Shown here piece by piece: positions 12,210-25,805 of a stretch of 64,000 nucleotides of DNA. Both the position numbers and the translations under genes were made by a program. This DNA comes from the human T2T-CHM13v2.0 reference genome, Homo sapiens: assembly GCF_009914755.1 (NCBI RefSeq), contig NC_060945.1. One strand, written 5' to 3'. Under the pieces are notes generated by a model that searched no databases, had not been told where the DNA came from, and worked only from the letters and a program-made list of their open reading frames with translations. The first letter of the stretch is position 1; the number at the start of each line of letters is the position of its first letter.

Positions 12210-13165
12210 TTGATTAAACTTGGAAAAGCATTAAATTTTTGATAAGTCCTTATAAGAACATTTTCTACATTAAAATTGCAAATTATATGTGATTTCTGCT
12301 ACCATTTCTTTCTTTGAGTATATCAAAGATGGAGGGCTGTTGCTGGAAAAACATGCTGAAAATTATTTGAAATTTCAAATGTAAAGAAAATCCTACTTAT
12401 TTTTTACATTTGCAAAAGTCAAGGACTTACAAATGGTTGTGGTAATATTCAGAAAGTGAACATAAAGATGAATATTACATACTTATGATTTCTATATTTA
12501 ATTGGTGAAATCATTTCAAATGGGATTTATGTATTAAAAATCAGACAAAAGTATGCCTCACTTTCTTTGGTGATCATCTTTGTGATTTGATTTCAGATAG
12601 CATAGCAAGAATATCAGTACTCTCTGAAGTAGAGATACCTGCATCTCAAATATAATCTTACATAAAATTCATTTATCTATAAAATTCTCTTACAGATTCA
12701 TTTATAATCTGGTTGTATGCCTGCCAGAAATTTAAAGGATTGTGATGAACTACAATAGACCTTAATATTTTTGATCCATAAATTATGGAAACTTTAAAAC
12801 TAATAAATTATGTGCAGGATGTATTTAAAAATATCAGAAGATTTTTAAGTAAAATATTCTTTGTGAAAGCAGAAAGGAACAGGATATCAGTTTACTGAGA
12901 CAGCTTGGAACTCATTTGAGAGATAAAAAGGAAAAATTACCATAAGGCACTAGGAAAAAAAAAATTATAAACATTATTTGAAAGTAACCAAGTTCTGAAT
13001 GAGAGAAAATATATGATTGTCTCACATTAATAAAAACTAAAATATATTGGTCATTTTAGGTTATTACATATCAATAATTTTCTAATTTCAGAACTAAAAT
13101 TCTAAGTTTTAATGATTTGTACACAGTTGATTTGATTCAAATAGTCCCTTATATTTCGTTTTTGG

Positions 13166-13250
13166 AAGGATTTAGTTCATTTATATGTTAAGGTATATAA
13201 ATTTCCTTCTTGAAAGGATTCAGTTTACTTATATGTTAAGGTATGTAAAT
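13166..13250. repeat. 48-bp-period tandem duplication
   Basis: AAGGATTTAGTTCATTTATATGTTAAGGTATATAAAT at 13166 and AAGGATTCAGTTTACTTATATGTTAAGGTATGTAAAT at 13214. Confidence 0.85.
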
Positions 13251-14202
13251 AGGTTTTTATAACTAGTAATTATTTTGAGTCATACATTTTTAGTAATGTG
13301 AAAGAAAAAATCTTTTCTGAGATGTTATGTGATTGAAATGATTTCAAATAATTCTGTGAAGAATTATAGCAAGTAAAAATAAATGACTTCACCAACTAAA
13401 AACCATGAAATATTTTCATATGTGCTCATGTCGTGCTGCCGTAGACAGCTAAAGTCAGAATGATATATTTAGTTACATTAGTCTGGGCATTGTGTTCTAA
13501 AGAAATTCTAAAGACAGAAAAGGAAGAAAGGCTCATATTATGAACATTTATTATGTGTAAACTATTGTTATAGATTAAAGTAGTCTGAATAAATCTAAGA
13601 AAAACTGAAGTCCTGGTTAAATTTCTAAACCTACCTACACACATACACATTCACACACTCCACTACAGTCAGAAGTAGAAACATGTATGATGATTTGAAC
13701 ACATTTCTCTTTCTTCTTTTGGTCTATAAAGACATATATGTAAATTTTGACTTTAAGATAAGTTTACTATTGTAGGTTTACTTTACACTTTTGTCTGTAA
13801 GGTTATACACGGAGCCCCCAAATTTTAGATCTTTGTTCTACTGTGACAATCACTGTATAATTATTCTTGTCTTTACTGGCAGGAAAAGATAACCGAACTG
13901 TGGTTTGTAGAGTTCAATTACAGACACAGACATTATCAAAACCGAAGAGTAAAACTAAGAATAATTCTTACATGATTTACTAAGTCCTCTGCCATTCCTA
14001 TTTTCAGACACATGGATTGGACTACGTATTTGCTAAGATAAACAAATTACTCCTAATCATAACTAGATTGATTACATTGATATACCTCATACTCAATGCA
14101 AAAAAAAAATGCAGAAATCAAAACTTGGCAGACAAGTTATTCCATTATTAAAGTATTTTGAAAAGTTCTGGATATAGTAAATTCACAGTTATTCTTTGAG
14201 AT

Positions 14203-14280
14203 TATATTAGCCAGTCCTGAGATAAACAAAATCAGCAGGACTTATGTGTACAAATATGTATTTATACACAAACACACACA

Positions 14281-14312
<32 letters not shown>

Positions 14313-14757
14313 TTTGGAGAGACAGAGAGAGAATGAGGAATTGGGTCATGTGATTAAGGAGCTAAGTTCTATGAACTTCCATCTGTTAAGCTGAAGGCTC
14401 AGGAAAGTTGGTCATGTAGTTTAAAGGCCTGAGAGTCAGAGGGTCATTGGTGTATATTCTAGTCCAAAGTGAAGGCATGAGAACCTGGGTCTTCAAGGAC
14501 AGGAGAAGATCAGTATCGAGTTCAACCAGTCCAGCAGAAAAAAACTTCAAACTCCCTTCACCTTTTTGCTCTGTTCAGGCCCCCAGTGTATAGTATGATG
14601 CCCAGCCACCCTGAGGAGGGCCATCTGCACTCAGTTGGCCAATTCACATGTTAATCTCTTCTGAAAACACCCTAAAACACACCTAGAAATAATGTTGAAC
14701 CAAGTATCTTGGCATTCAGTGGCCTGGTCAAGTTGACACCTAAAATTAACCATCACA
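14203..14757 (-). mobile_element. MLT2B (ERVL) solo LTR containing a (CA)n tract (14270-14311)
   Basis: Ends in GTCAAGTTGACACCTAAAATTAACCATCACA (reverse complement of TGTGATGGTTAATTTTAGGTGTCAACTTGAC), with internal GAGGAGGGCCATCTGC and CACCTAGAAATAATGTT. Confidence 0.9.
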
Positions 14758-15957
14758 GTCACTCTTTTCTGTGAAGGACAGAGCTACATTCTCAAGTTGA
14801 AACTCAAAAACAGACAATACATGCATATGTTCTCCATAATATCCTCTTACGCCTTTAAATGTTATGGCCATGCACTGGCTACACTATGAATACTATGTAA
14901 TATTGCACGAGATACAAAAAGTTCAGTTAGAAAATATAAGAAAAAATTTGACTTAACTAGAATTCTTAACTAGAATTTACTTAACTTTACTTAACTAGAA
15001 TTCTTTCTTCCCCAGTGATTTGTTACTAATGAGATTAATGTTTTGTAAAAATTAATAGTGGTAACTGCTTGTTCAAAAATTTTATAACCTATAGATTATA
15101 ATTTATTGAATATAATTTATAATGTATAGGTTCATTTAAATGACTACAATAGACACTTGTAATTGTTCCTGCTTCTTGCCTTTCCATACCCCAGATTAAT
15201 AGGAAAGAAACACAGTCAGCCATGACTGCCTCCTACTCCTTAAAATTCAATAGACTTCTGAATTAACCACAATCCTCTCGGTCTACTACCTTAGTATTTA
15301 TGCTATCTGCTTCATATATAATTCTTCCTGCAGTTACCCTTCACATGGATAACTGCATGCAATTTTAACTAGTACTTTTTCCGTGCACTTAACCTTATTT
15401 TTCAACCTCCAAGTTTTTCTCTTTCAATTGGTCCATGCTGGAAGGCCCTATTTTTCTTTTCTGTCTATTGAAACCAATGATTGTAGGAGACAATAGCTGG
15501 TTTTGAGTCTTATGCAATTTTGGAAAGAAATGCTTTTGACTAGATCTGATGATAATATAATGCTGGTAATGCATAAAATACCTCTGCCAACTTTCTTTTT
15601 ACAAAGAAGTCTAAGTTTCCTAAGCTATCTACTATTCAAATTTTCTTTACAAATTTTACAAAAGTAAGCATCAAAGAAATGTATTATTACTAAGGAAAAA
15701 AAAACTCAAGCCACAAAAGCATTATACATCGAGTGCTCCACTCACATTTCACAACTACTTTGTTCCCTATGCAGCAAACTTTCCCAGTATACTTTTATCA
15801 TATTATGATTCTTAAAATTTAATTTTTTTACTACATCAAAGTATATGTAACATTGTTTTTCAGTAACCTTGTAATAAACTATCAGTAAATATGTACTGAA
15901 AAAGCGTGAATAAATTCCAAATTTATGTATAGTTGACCCTCTCTGCAGTTCTTGCTT

Positions 15958-16030
15958 TCATTTATTTAATTAACAAACATTTCATGCATACGGTGTCCCA
16001 GGCACTGTTTTAGGTGCTGAGGCAATATTA
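15958..16030 (-). mobile_element. L2 3'-end fragment
   Basis: TCATTTATTTAATTAACAAACATTT...TGTCCCAGGCACTGTTTTAGGTGCTGAGG. Confidence 0.6.
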
Positions 16031-16667
16031 ATAGTGCTTACATCTGCAGAGGAGAGCACTATATGAGTTTTAGATGATATATCCCGGTTGATATATTTTG
16101 GATTAATATGAACATTTTCTTGCTCAATAAGGCCAACATCGTATTCTTTTCAAAATTCAAATATGCTTACCTTAAGCCAAGGAAATAGTATAACTCATAT
16201 GGCAATTAAATGTTGCTCTTAAATCAAATGCATTGCATTCAGTACCTAAAGTTATGAAACCTTTTTATTTTCGAGACACTTCAGCTTTAAGTTAATGTTC
16301 AGGCAGGAAAATGCTCTGGTTTTATGGATATCAACCCCCTCAAGCAATACGGACTCAAGAGATTTCCCTGTGAGAGAGCACTGCAGCTGTGATTTATTAA
16401 ATTAAACATGGTTCATGGCAATTAGCCATGGAAGTTTCCTTTGGGCCACTCTTCTGATCACAGAGAAATATAACACAAACGACTGGAATTTCACTGACGG
16501 AACTGCCACTTCCCTGCAAAGTTTCAGCTCTTCAGAGTCCACCTGCTACCTCTCACTGTTCTCAGGGCTATGATCTTATGATCTTCCTCAAAATTGTATC
16601 AACAGTATTTTTCACTACTTTTTCAGTTTTATATAGGTAAAACTTCCATTAGCTGAGCTTTGTATAT

Positions 16668-17002
16668 CTTTTTTTTTTTTTTGCTTTGTTTTATTTTTGA
16701 GACAGGTCCTTGCTCTGTCACCCAAGCTGGAGTGCAGTGGCATGATGATGACTCATTGCAGCCTCAACCTCCTGTACTCAAGTGAACCTCCAGCCTCAGA
16801 CCCCCAAGTAGCTAGGACCACAAGCACACACCACCACACTCGGCCAGTTTTCGTATTATTATTATTATTATTATTATTATTCTGTAGAGATGAGGTTTCA
16901 CCATGTTTCCCAGGCTTGTATCAAAGCCCTAAGCTCAAGCCATGAGCCTGCCTTGGCCTCCCAAAGTGCTGGGATTACAGGCCTGAGCCACAGTGCCTGG
17001 CC
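16668..17002 (-). mobile_element. AluJ, antisense, with its central A-linker expanded to (TTA)n at 16855-16881
   Basis: GAGACAGGTCCTTGCTCTGTCACC...GCAGCCTCAACCTCC...GTGCCTGGCC. Degenerate TSD CTTTGTATATC / CTTTGCATAC. Confidence 0.92.
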
Positions 17003-17344
17003 CTTTGCATACTTTTGAATTTTTGTTATTGTTTTTACTATTTGCAATGGTTTGGCTGGCAATGGCCAAATCCACAAAAGCATAAATGAAAAACTAAGCT
17101 ATATTGTGTAACTTTTAAGAAAACATGAACTGAAATACATATTAATAATTATCATTTGCTCTTTTCCATTTCACACTGGCTGGAAAACCTTTTTGTTTCC
17201 TCTTTCTTTTGTATTTTTCACTGCAGCTGCAATAAAACTCTTAATTAAGTCTTGGCAATGCCATCTAATTGGTTGCATAGTTGCTTCCAAAATGACAGAC
17301 TCACTGTACCCTACACCGCATTGAACTTTGTTTCTTGCAGTCTC

Positions 17345-17682
17345 CATGCATTTGTACCTATAATTTTCTCTGCCTAAAATAGTCTTGCCCAGATATTCAC
17401 ACAGCTGCCATTCATTATTTGTTTTTCAACTCAAACATTACTTCCTTGGAGATGCACTCGCATGCTATAACTATATCCTATGCTCACTAAGTAGCTCGAA
17501 CTATTTACTTATTTTAATTTTTATTGCACTTATTATTATAGGGAGCCATATCTCATTTACCATAATCATACGTCTGCCACTGAATATAAGCTGAATAGGA
17601 ACAAATCTTTATTTTTCATGTTCTCTAGGAAAGAGAGCCTGACACAAAGTAGATAATACCTAAATATGTATAAAATAAATAT
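17345..17682 (+). mobile_element. L2 3' fragment
   Basis: CTCTGCCTAAAATAGTCTTGCCCAGAT...CAACTCAAACATTACTTCC...CCACTGAATATAAGCT...GAGCCTGACACAAAGTAG...AAATATGTATAAAATAAAT. Confidence 0.6.
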
Positions 17683-17875
17683 ATAAAACTATCTCCAGAG
17701 ATGCCAAATTAAAGTTGCTGAGAAGTCCTTTTTCTCAACTCTTGAATCTTTCAATAGTACAGACGTAAGTGCATATTACTGATACTATCGTAGTGCAGAC
17801 CTATCTGTTTTATGATATGGAGTTTTTAAGATTATTTTCCTACTGTGAGCTTAGAAAGTCAAGAATATTGGGATT

Positions 17876-18289
<414 letters not shown>

Positions 18290-18469
18290 TTATACTAATT
18301 AAAGAGATCTGTAAACAAGCCTGGAGAAGGACTAGAAACACTCACCTAACCAATCGTATAAAAATACTCATCCCTAGTGATCATAAGATGATAGATGATG
18401 CTCAGAATATCTTTCCATCCGATATCAAATATATTCCTTTTTATGTTGCTCAATTCTCTTTATTCCTTT

Positions 18470-20020
18470 TTTTTTGCATTTTTAAACATAAGCTAATTTA
18501 GAAGAGTTTTAGATTTAGAGATAAAATTGTAAATATAGCAAAAATAGTTACCTCATGTCTGGTACCCAGGTTTCTCTATTATTGATATTTTACATTAACA
18601 TAGTACATTTGTTACAGTTAATGAACCAATATTGATAAATTAACTAAAGTCCATACTTCACTTACATAGCTACTCTTTACTTACATGTTATTTTTCTCTT
18701 CTAGAATCCCATCTGGGATACAACATTACAATTAGTTGCTCTCTCTCCTTAGGCTCCTTTTGGCTATAATGTTTCTGACTTCTCTTGTTTTTGATGACCT
18801 TGACAGTTTTGAGAGTACTTGTCAGGAATTTTGTAGAATGTCGCTCAAGTGGTATTTCCCTGATGTTTTCCTCTGCATTAGACTGGTGTTACGGATTTGA
18901 CGAGAGAAACAAACATAGATAACCTATTTCATCACATCATATCAGGGATACATACTACCAACGTGGCATCAACGTTGATATTATTCTTGATCACCTGGCT
19001 GAAGTCGATCTTCCTGCTGTAAATTTCTTCATTGTGCCCTTTCCACCCAGTCACTATATACAGCCCACACTAAAGGCATGGAGTCCATACTTCAATAGAG
19101 GGAGTTTTACTCCTCCTCTTTGAGAGATGACTGTCTACATAAATTATTTGGAATCTTTTGCATGAGAGATTTCTAGTCTCCCATCTTCATTTATTTATTT
19201 ATCTATTTAATCATTTATATGAGTATGAACTTGTGAATATTTATTTTAAAGTTTGGGTTAGAATTCAAAATACCGCTTTTTGTACTTTGCTACCCAAAGT
19301 GTTCCAGCTTTGGTCACTGGGAGTCCTTTCTACAGGCTTCTATCTCCATTTGACATATCCTCTTCACTTTTTGTTGTTGTTGTTTATTTTTTTTTTTCAG
19401 AAATGTCCGGTATTACAATATGCTCCAGGGTCATCTTGTATATTTTCTGCCTCAGTCTCAGGATCAGCTGTATCTCCAACAAATTCTGGTTCTTTTTATT
19501 GGAGAATGGTATTAGGAAACAATATTTGGGCACCAGCTGTACTTGTTGCTATTGGGATAGCATTGCTTCTAGGCCTCCTCAGCTAACAGGAAAAAAAAAG
19601 AAATATACATATATTTCTTTACATATATATTTATATATATTTCTTTATATATATATTTATATATATTTCTTTATATATATTTATATATATCAGTATATAT
19701 TTCTTTATATATTTATATATCAGTATATATATTTCTTTATATATATTTCTTTATATATATATATCAGTATGTGTGTATGTATATATATATGTATACTGAC
19801 ACATATCTGGAAATTTGTTTGTCTGTAACCAAGGATATCTACATGAAGTAAGCATGAGTTCATGCTGATGACTCCAACTGGAATTCATTACTACTGGGAA
19901 ATTCTACCCTCCTCTCTTTGGTTATCCTTATGATTCCAATAGTGAGAAGCCTGGCACACTTCATTTACCGTCCATTAACTTATTATATAACTCTGATGTA
20001 TATGCATTTAGTACTATCAG
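18470..20020 (-). mobile_element. L1MC/MD-type 3' end, antisense
   Basis: TTTAGAAGAGTTTTAGATTTA...TTTGTTACAGTTAATGAACCAATATTGATA...AAAGTCCATAC...AGAATCCCATCTGGGATACAAC...CTCCTTAGGCTCC. Contains an AT-rich simple repeat at 19597-19790. Confidence 0.8.
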
Positions 20021-20835
20021 ATTTTAGGGTTCTGATTCTTGCTTTGTATTCTCACGAAACTAATATAGATACTGCAGCTTTCTTTTGATTATTATTAACA
20101 TGTTATACCTTTCTCTATTTGTTTAGTTTTAGAAAAAATACTGCACCTTTATATTTAAAGTGGGGTGATTGTGTAACACTTACAGCAGTATTGTTTGTTT
20201 ACTCCCTCTGCAGATTTGTGTCTTTTAATCAATGTATTTAGATCATTCACATTTAAAATGACTAATGATGTTTTTGGATGAATATCTACATTGCTGTAAC
20301 TGTTTGCTACTTGTTAGATTTTTTTTTTGGCCTCCCCCACCACCATTTCTGTCTTTTCTCGTTTTCATGGGACATTTTACAAGCATCAATTTGTGTCTTT
20401 TCTTAGTGTAAGAATTATACATCTTTTTTAATTTTTTAGAGATTCCCATAGATTGCAATATAAAGTTTTAAATAATTAAATCTAAGTTTAAATAATACTA
20501 TACTGCTTCCATGTAGTATGGGTCTCCAATAACAGAACGGTCCCAATTCTCTTACATTCAACATATCACGGATACCATTCAGTTTACTTTTTCATATAAT
20601 ATAATTACTCATTACATTATTACTATATTTTTTAACAAGTATCTTATAGATTATTTAAATTAAAAAATGTATTTTCACTAATTTCTTATCCAGCATTTTT
20701 CTTTCCATAGTGCAGATCTAAGTTTCTGACTTTAATCATTTTCAATCTCAAAGATGATTTCCTTTTAAAATTTCCTGCTGAGCAGGTCTGCTGGCCATAA
20801 ATTCCCTCAGTTTTTGTTTGTTTAAAAGTATCTTT

Positions 20836-21135
<300 letters not shown>

Positions 21136-21474
21136 AAAAGTATCTTTATTTCAAGTATACTTTAGAAAAATTATTTTACTGGCTTGAAATCCAAAATTAT
21201 TATATTTTCTTATTTCAACACTTTATTTAACTCTATTTTCTTCTCTCTTGGGCAGTTTCTGAAGACACAACCGTAATTTTATCTGTGGCTTTCTAAATCT
21301 TAAGTTCCCTCTCCCCAGCTTCTTTTAAGATTTTCTTATTTTTTTCTGTAAATACATTTTTTGTTTTGTTTTGTTTTGCAGTTTGAATAGTATATGACTA
21401 GGTGAAACTTTTTGGTTTTTAATCTTTCTTAATGTTCTCTGGGGTGTTATCCTGTCTTGGTGTTTTCTACCTAG

Positions 21475-21897
<423 letters not shown>

Positions 21898-22315
21898 TGA
21901 ATTTTAGTTTGAGAAGTTTATATTGACCTACATTCAAGCTCACTCATTCCTTTTGTGGCCACTCTCTGACTCCTGATGAGCCCATCAAAGCTATTCTTCA
22001 ATTTTGTGAGTGTTTTTTATTTCAAATATTTCTTTTTGATTCTTTCTTAGAATTGGCTTCTCTCTATTTACATTACCTACCTGTTCTTGCATGGTGTCCA
22101 ATACTTTGTTAGAGCCTTTAAGGCATTAATCATAGATATTTTAAATTTCCTATCTAGTAATTCCAAAATCTGTGTCATATCTGAGTCTGCTTCTGGTGTA
22201 TGTTTTATCTCTTCGGACAGTTTGTGCTTGTTTATTAACATGCTTTCTAATTTTTGTTGAAAGCCATAATGTTTCAGGCAATAGGAAGTGAAGTAGATAG
22301 GCCTTCAGCATTTTA

Positions 22316-22674
<359 letters not shown>

Positions 22675-25137
22675 TTAGCTGTGTTTAATATTTGCAATCA
22701 TTTCAGGTGACAAAGGCTTTAAATTTGTCTAGTATTATTTTTGTTTCATCTGTGAAATTTGGGTTTCTTTAAGCTCTACGCTCAGAAACAGTCTGCGTCT
22801 CTCAGCTCTTTTAGCTGTAAATCCTGTTATAATACTGGATCCCTGTTGATACAGTGATAAACTGTGCAGTAGGAGAAAAATGCTATAATCTTGTGATTAA
22901 ATCTCTCCTTTAGTGGCCCTGTGACCTTCATAAATAATTCTCATTTTATTTTATTTTTGTTGAGATGGAAATCTAGAGATGACTGGAGTAAATAAATGTA
23001 CCTTTTCCTGGTAGGATAAGGCTCTAGCTATATCTTCTCCCCTACAGCATAGACCCTTGTTACTGACAACACCGTGGGGGCATTTCACAATATTTTTTTC
23101 TTCCTCTTCCCCACCAAAGCAACAGGGTATGTCTCTCAGCTCTTCATAGTTAGAACTAGGAAGTTCAGTGTACCCCTTCCCAGGGGTTCCTGAAGTGAAA
23201 ACCAGTGAAATTTTGGTAGCCCGTATGTTGAGGATCCCGGAGTTTTGCGCTCACATTTCAGCCCATATTCAGTCTTCAACAATTTGTTAAAATTTACTAT
23301 TTTATTGTTTCCACAAGTTTAGAGCTCCACCAGCTTCTGTTTGAGTTCAACAGGTATTGGATATGGGCCTTTGGAATCATCTATCTCTCCAGATTTCAGG
23401 ATGGCAGTTGCCCTGTGATCTCCGTTCTCCAAGGGGTCTAAGAAGTCACATATTTTCCTTATGTTTTGTCTTTTCTTGCAAGGACAAGAGTGATGACTTG
23501 TAATTTTTGTTTTTACCTGTTGAAACTGAAGTCATGAAACTATAGTAACCTTTTAACATTACTATCTCATTATTCTCCTTGGCATTAATAATACCGAATA
23601 AGTATATAGCAATAATTATAGGTTCTGAAAAAAAAATCAACTGTTTTCTTTGTGATTGAGATTAACATAGTAAGAAAGATGGGGACAGAAGATTTTCCTT
23701 CCAAGAAGCACGCAGTTACATTTGAAGACATAAACTGATGCTCAGACAGTCACCATTCCAGGAGAGGCACCATAAACTACAACATACAGCATAATTAAAC
23801 AGAGAAAATTGATGAATCAATTTAAAAGAGTAGAAGGTGGTGCTGCTAAGATACACATGCACACTTAAATGACAGTTACAAAAGTGTGCGTATGCTTCTA
23901 GTTGAATTAAGCATCTGATTAGGTGATTATTATGTTGATTTAATTTGCTCAATTTGTGTCTTGAAAGACAAGATGCTAATTAAGACATTAAAAAAATTTA
24001 CTTTCACAGTGCTACAGGAAAACCCCAATTTAGAAAAGTAAAAACTTTGCTGTTATATTAGCAGTAGTGTATTAACTGTCTGAAGAAATGAAAGAGAAAA
24101 ATAAATCATATTTTAAAAATGATATCTGAAATAGAATCGAAGACATTAGATTTTTATAAAAGAACAGCTTGCCCAAGTTCTGTTTTTACTGAACACAAGT
24201 ATTTTAAATCTATCTTCATGTTTGCTTTTTAGCAAACATGTTTAAAGAGCCTGCTTTTATTACAATTTACTAAATTATCATTAAAATTAACCAATTAACC
24301 TTTCAATCAACAGCAGATGCTCCCTATCTCTATCCATGATTCATCCATACAGTTAACAATTTAACAAATAGTCTATTTCCAATATCTTCAGCATGGAAAA
24401 AGAACAAAACATTATGTATTATACCATGATAGATAAATAAATATGAATTTTGTAAATTAGAATAGGATTAGGCAACAAATATAAAAGAGGAGGCATTCAG
24501 CATTATATTTGTCAAAACTCCAGCAAATTTGCTCAATCCTCTGTTCTAAATAAATAAGAAAACCAGGAATGAATTGATTGGGAATTGTGGAAACAAAAAG
24601 GTGAAACTGCAAGATAGACTTCCGTATAACACAACTCAACAACTAAATGATGTTATCCCAGTGGACTTAAGTGGTGGGTCTCTGAACTGAAGCAAACTTT
24701 TCTGCAACAAATTGTACTCCAAGGCAGGAAGAGGATTCTATTTGTTTCCAAGACAAACTAGACTTTCAGAAAGTTTTTGGAAGTATATCGGTCAGGATTT
24801 AGCCTCAATATAAGAAGAACTCAGATGAGTAAACTGGGGTCTGAGAAGAAGGTGGTAATTGGTTCTAATACTATCTTATTATTTTGCTAAAGTAAAAAAC
24901 ACATCAAAATAAAAATGAGTTTGAGCCTGCTTCTCACAGGGTCCTGACTGAGCAACTTGTTTGTATTTCATACACTTTGTAGACTTAAAACAGTGTCATA
25001 TAATCTTTAGCTATTTTTTCAAATGTACATGAAATATCAGTACATTCAAATTGTTCGGTGGTTTATCTCTTGGGTATACCAGGTGCTTTCATACTTCTAC
25101 TGCTTGGACATATGGGAAGATTCAGCAGGAGTAGGAC

Positions 25138-25805
25138 TATATTACTGCATTCCCATGCTGCTAATAATTTATAATGGTAATTTATAATGGAAAGAAATTT
25201 AATTGACTCACAGTTCAGCATGGCTGGGAAGACCCCAAGAAACTTACAATCTGGCAGAAGAAGAAGCAAACATGTCCTTCTTCACATAATGGCAGGAAGA
25301 AGTGCCAAGCAAAAGGAGAAAAAGCCTTTATAAAACCATCAGATCTTGACCTGGGCACGCTGGGTCATGCCTGTAATCCCAGCACTTTGGGAGGTCGAGG
25401 CAGGTGGATCATTTGAGGTCAGGAGTTCAAGACCAGCCTGGCTAACATGGTGAAACCTCATCTCTACTAAAAATACAAAGATTAGCTGGGTGGTGGTGGC
25501 ACACACCTGTAATCCCAGCTACTTGGGAGGCTGAGGCAGGAGAATCGCTTCAGCCTGGGAGGCACAGGTTTCAGTAAGCCAAGATTGTGCCACCCCAGCC
25601 TGGGCAACAGAGTGAGACTCTGTCTCAAAAAAAAAAAAATCAGATCTCATGGGAACTCAGTTACTATCACCAGAACAACATGAGGGTAACTGCCCCCCAT
25701 GATTAAAAATTACCTTCCTCCTGGTTCCACCCATGACATGTGGGGATTATGGGAGCTACTATTCAAGGTAAGATTTGTGTTGGGACACAGAGTGAAGCCA
25801 TATCA
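25138..25805 (-). mobile_element. THE1C-type solo LTR split by an Alu
   Basis: TTTAATTGACTCACAGTTCAGCATGGCTGGG...GCAAACATGTCCTTCTTCAC...AAAACCATCAGATCT [Alu] ATCAGATCTCATG...GGGACACAGAGTGAAGCCATATCA. Confidence 0.9.
25348..25638 (+). mobile_element. AluS (Sx/Sz) inserted in the THE1 LTR
   Basis: Full Alu body. The THE1 target ATCAGATCT is duplicated on both sides. Confidence 0.93.

Noticed and set aside
14950-15003. CTTAACTAGAATT micro-duplications (similar small ones at 1891-1943, 25166-25190, 54058-54071 and 62399-62422)
   Set aside because: Short slippage or palindrome events are expected in AT-rich DNA, and there is nothing further to support.
19158-19828. 142- and 182-aa ORFs
   Set aside because: They derive from antisense L1MC 3' sequence plus an AT simple repeat.
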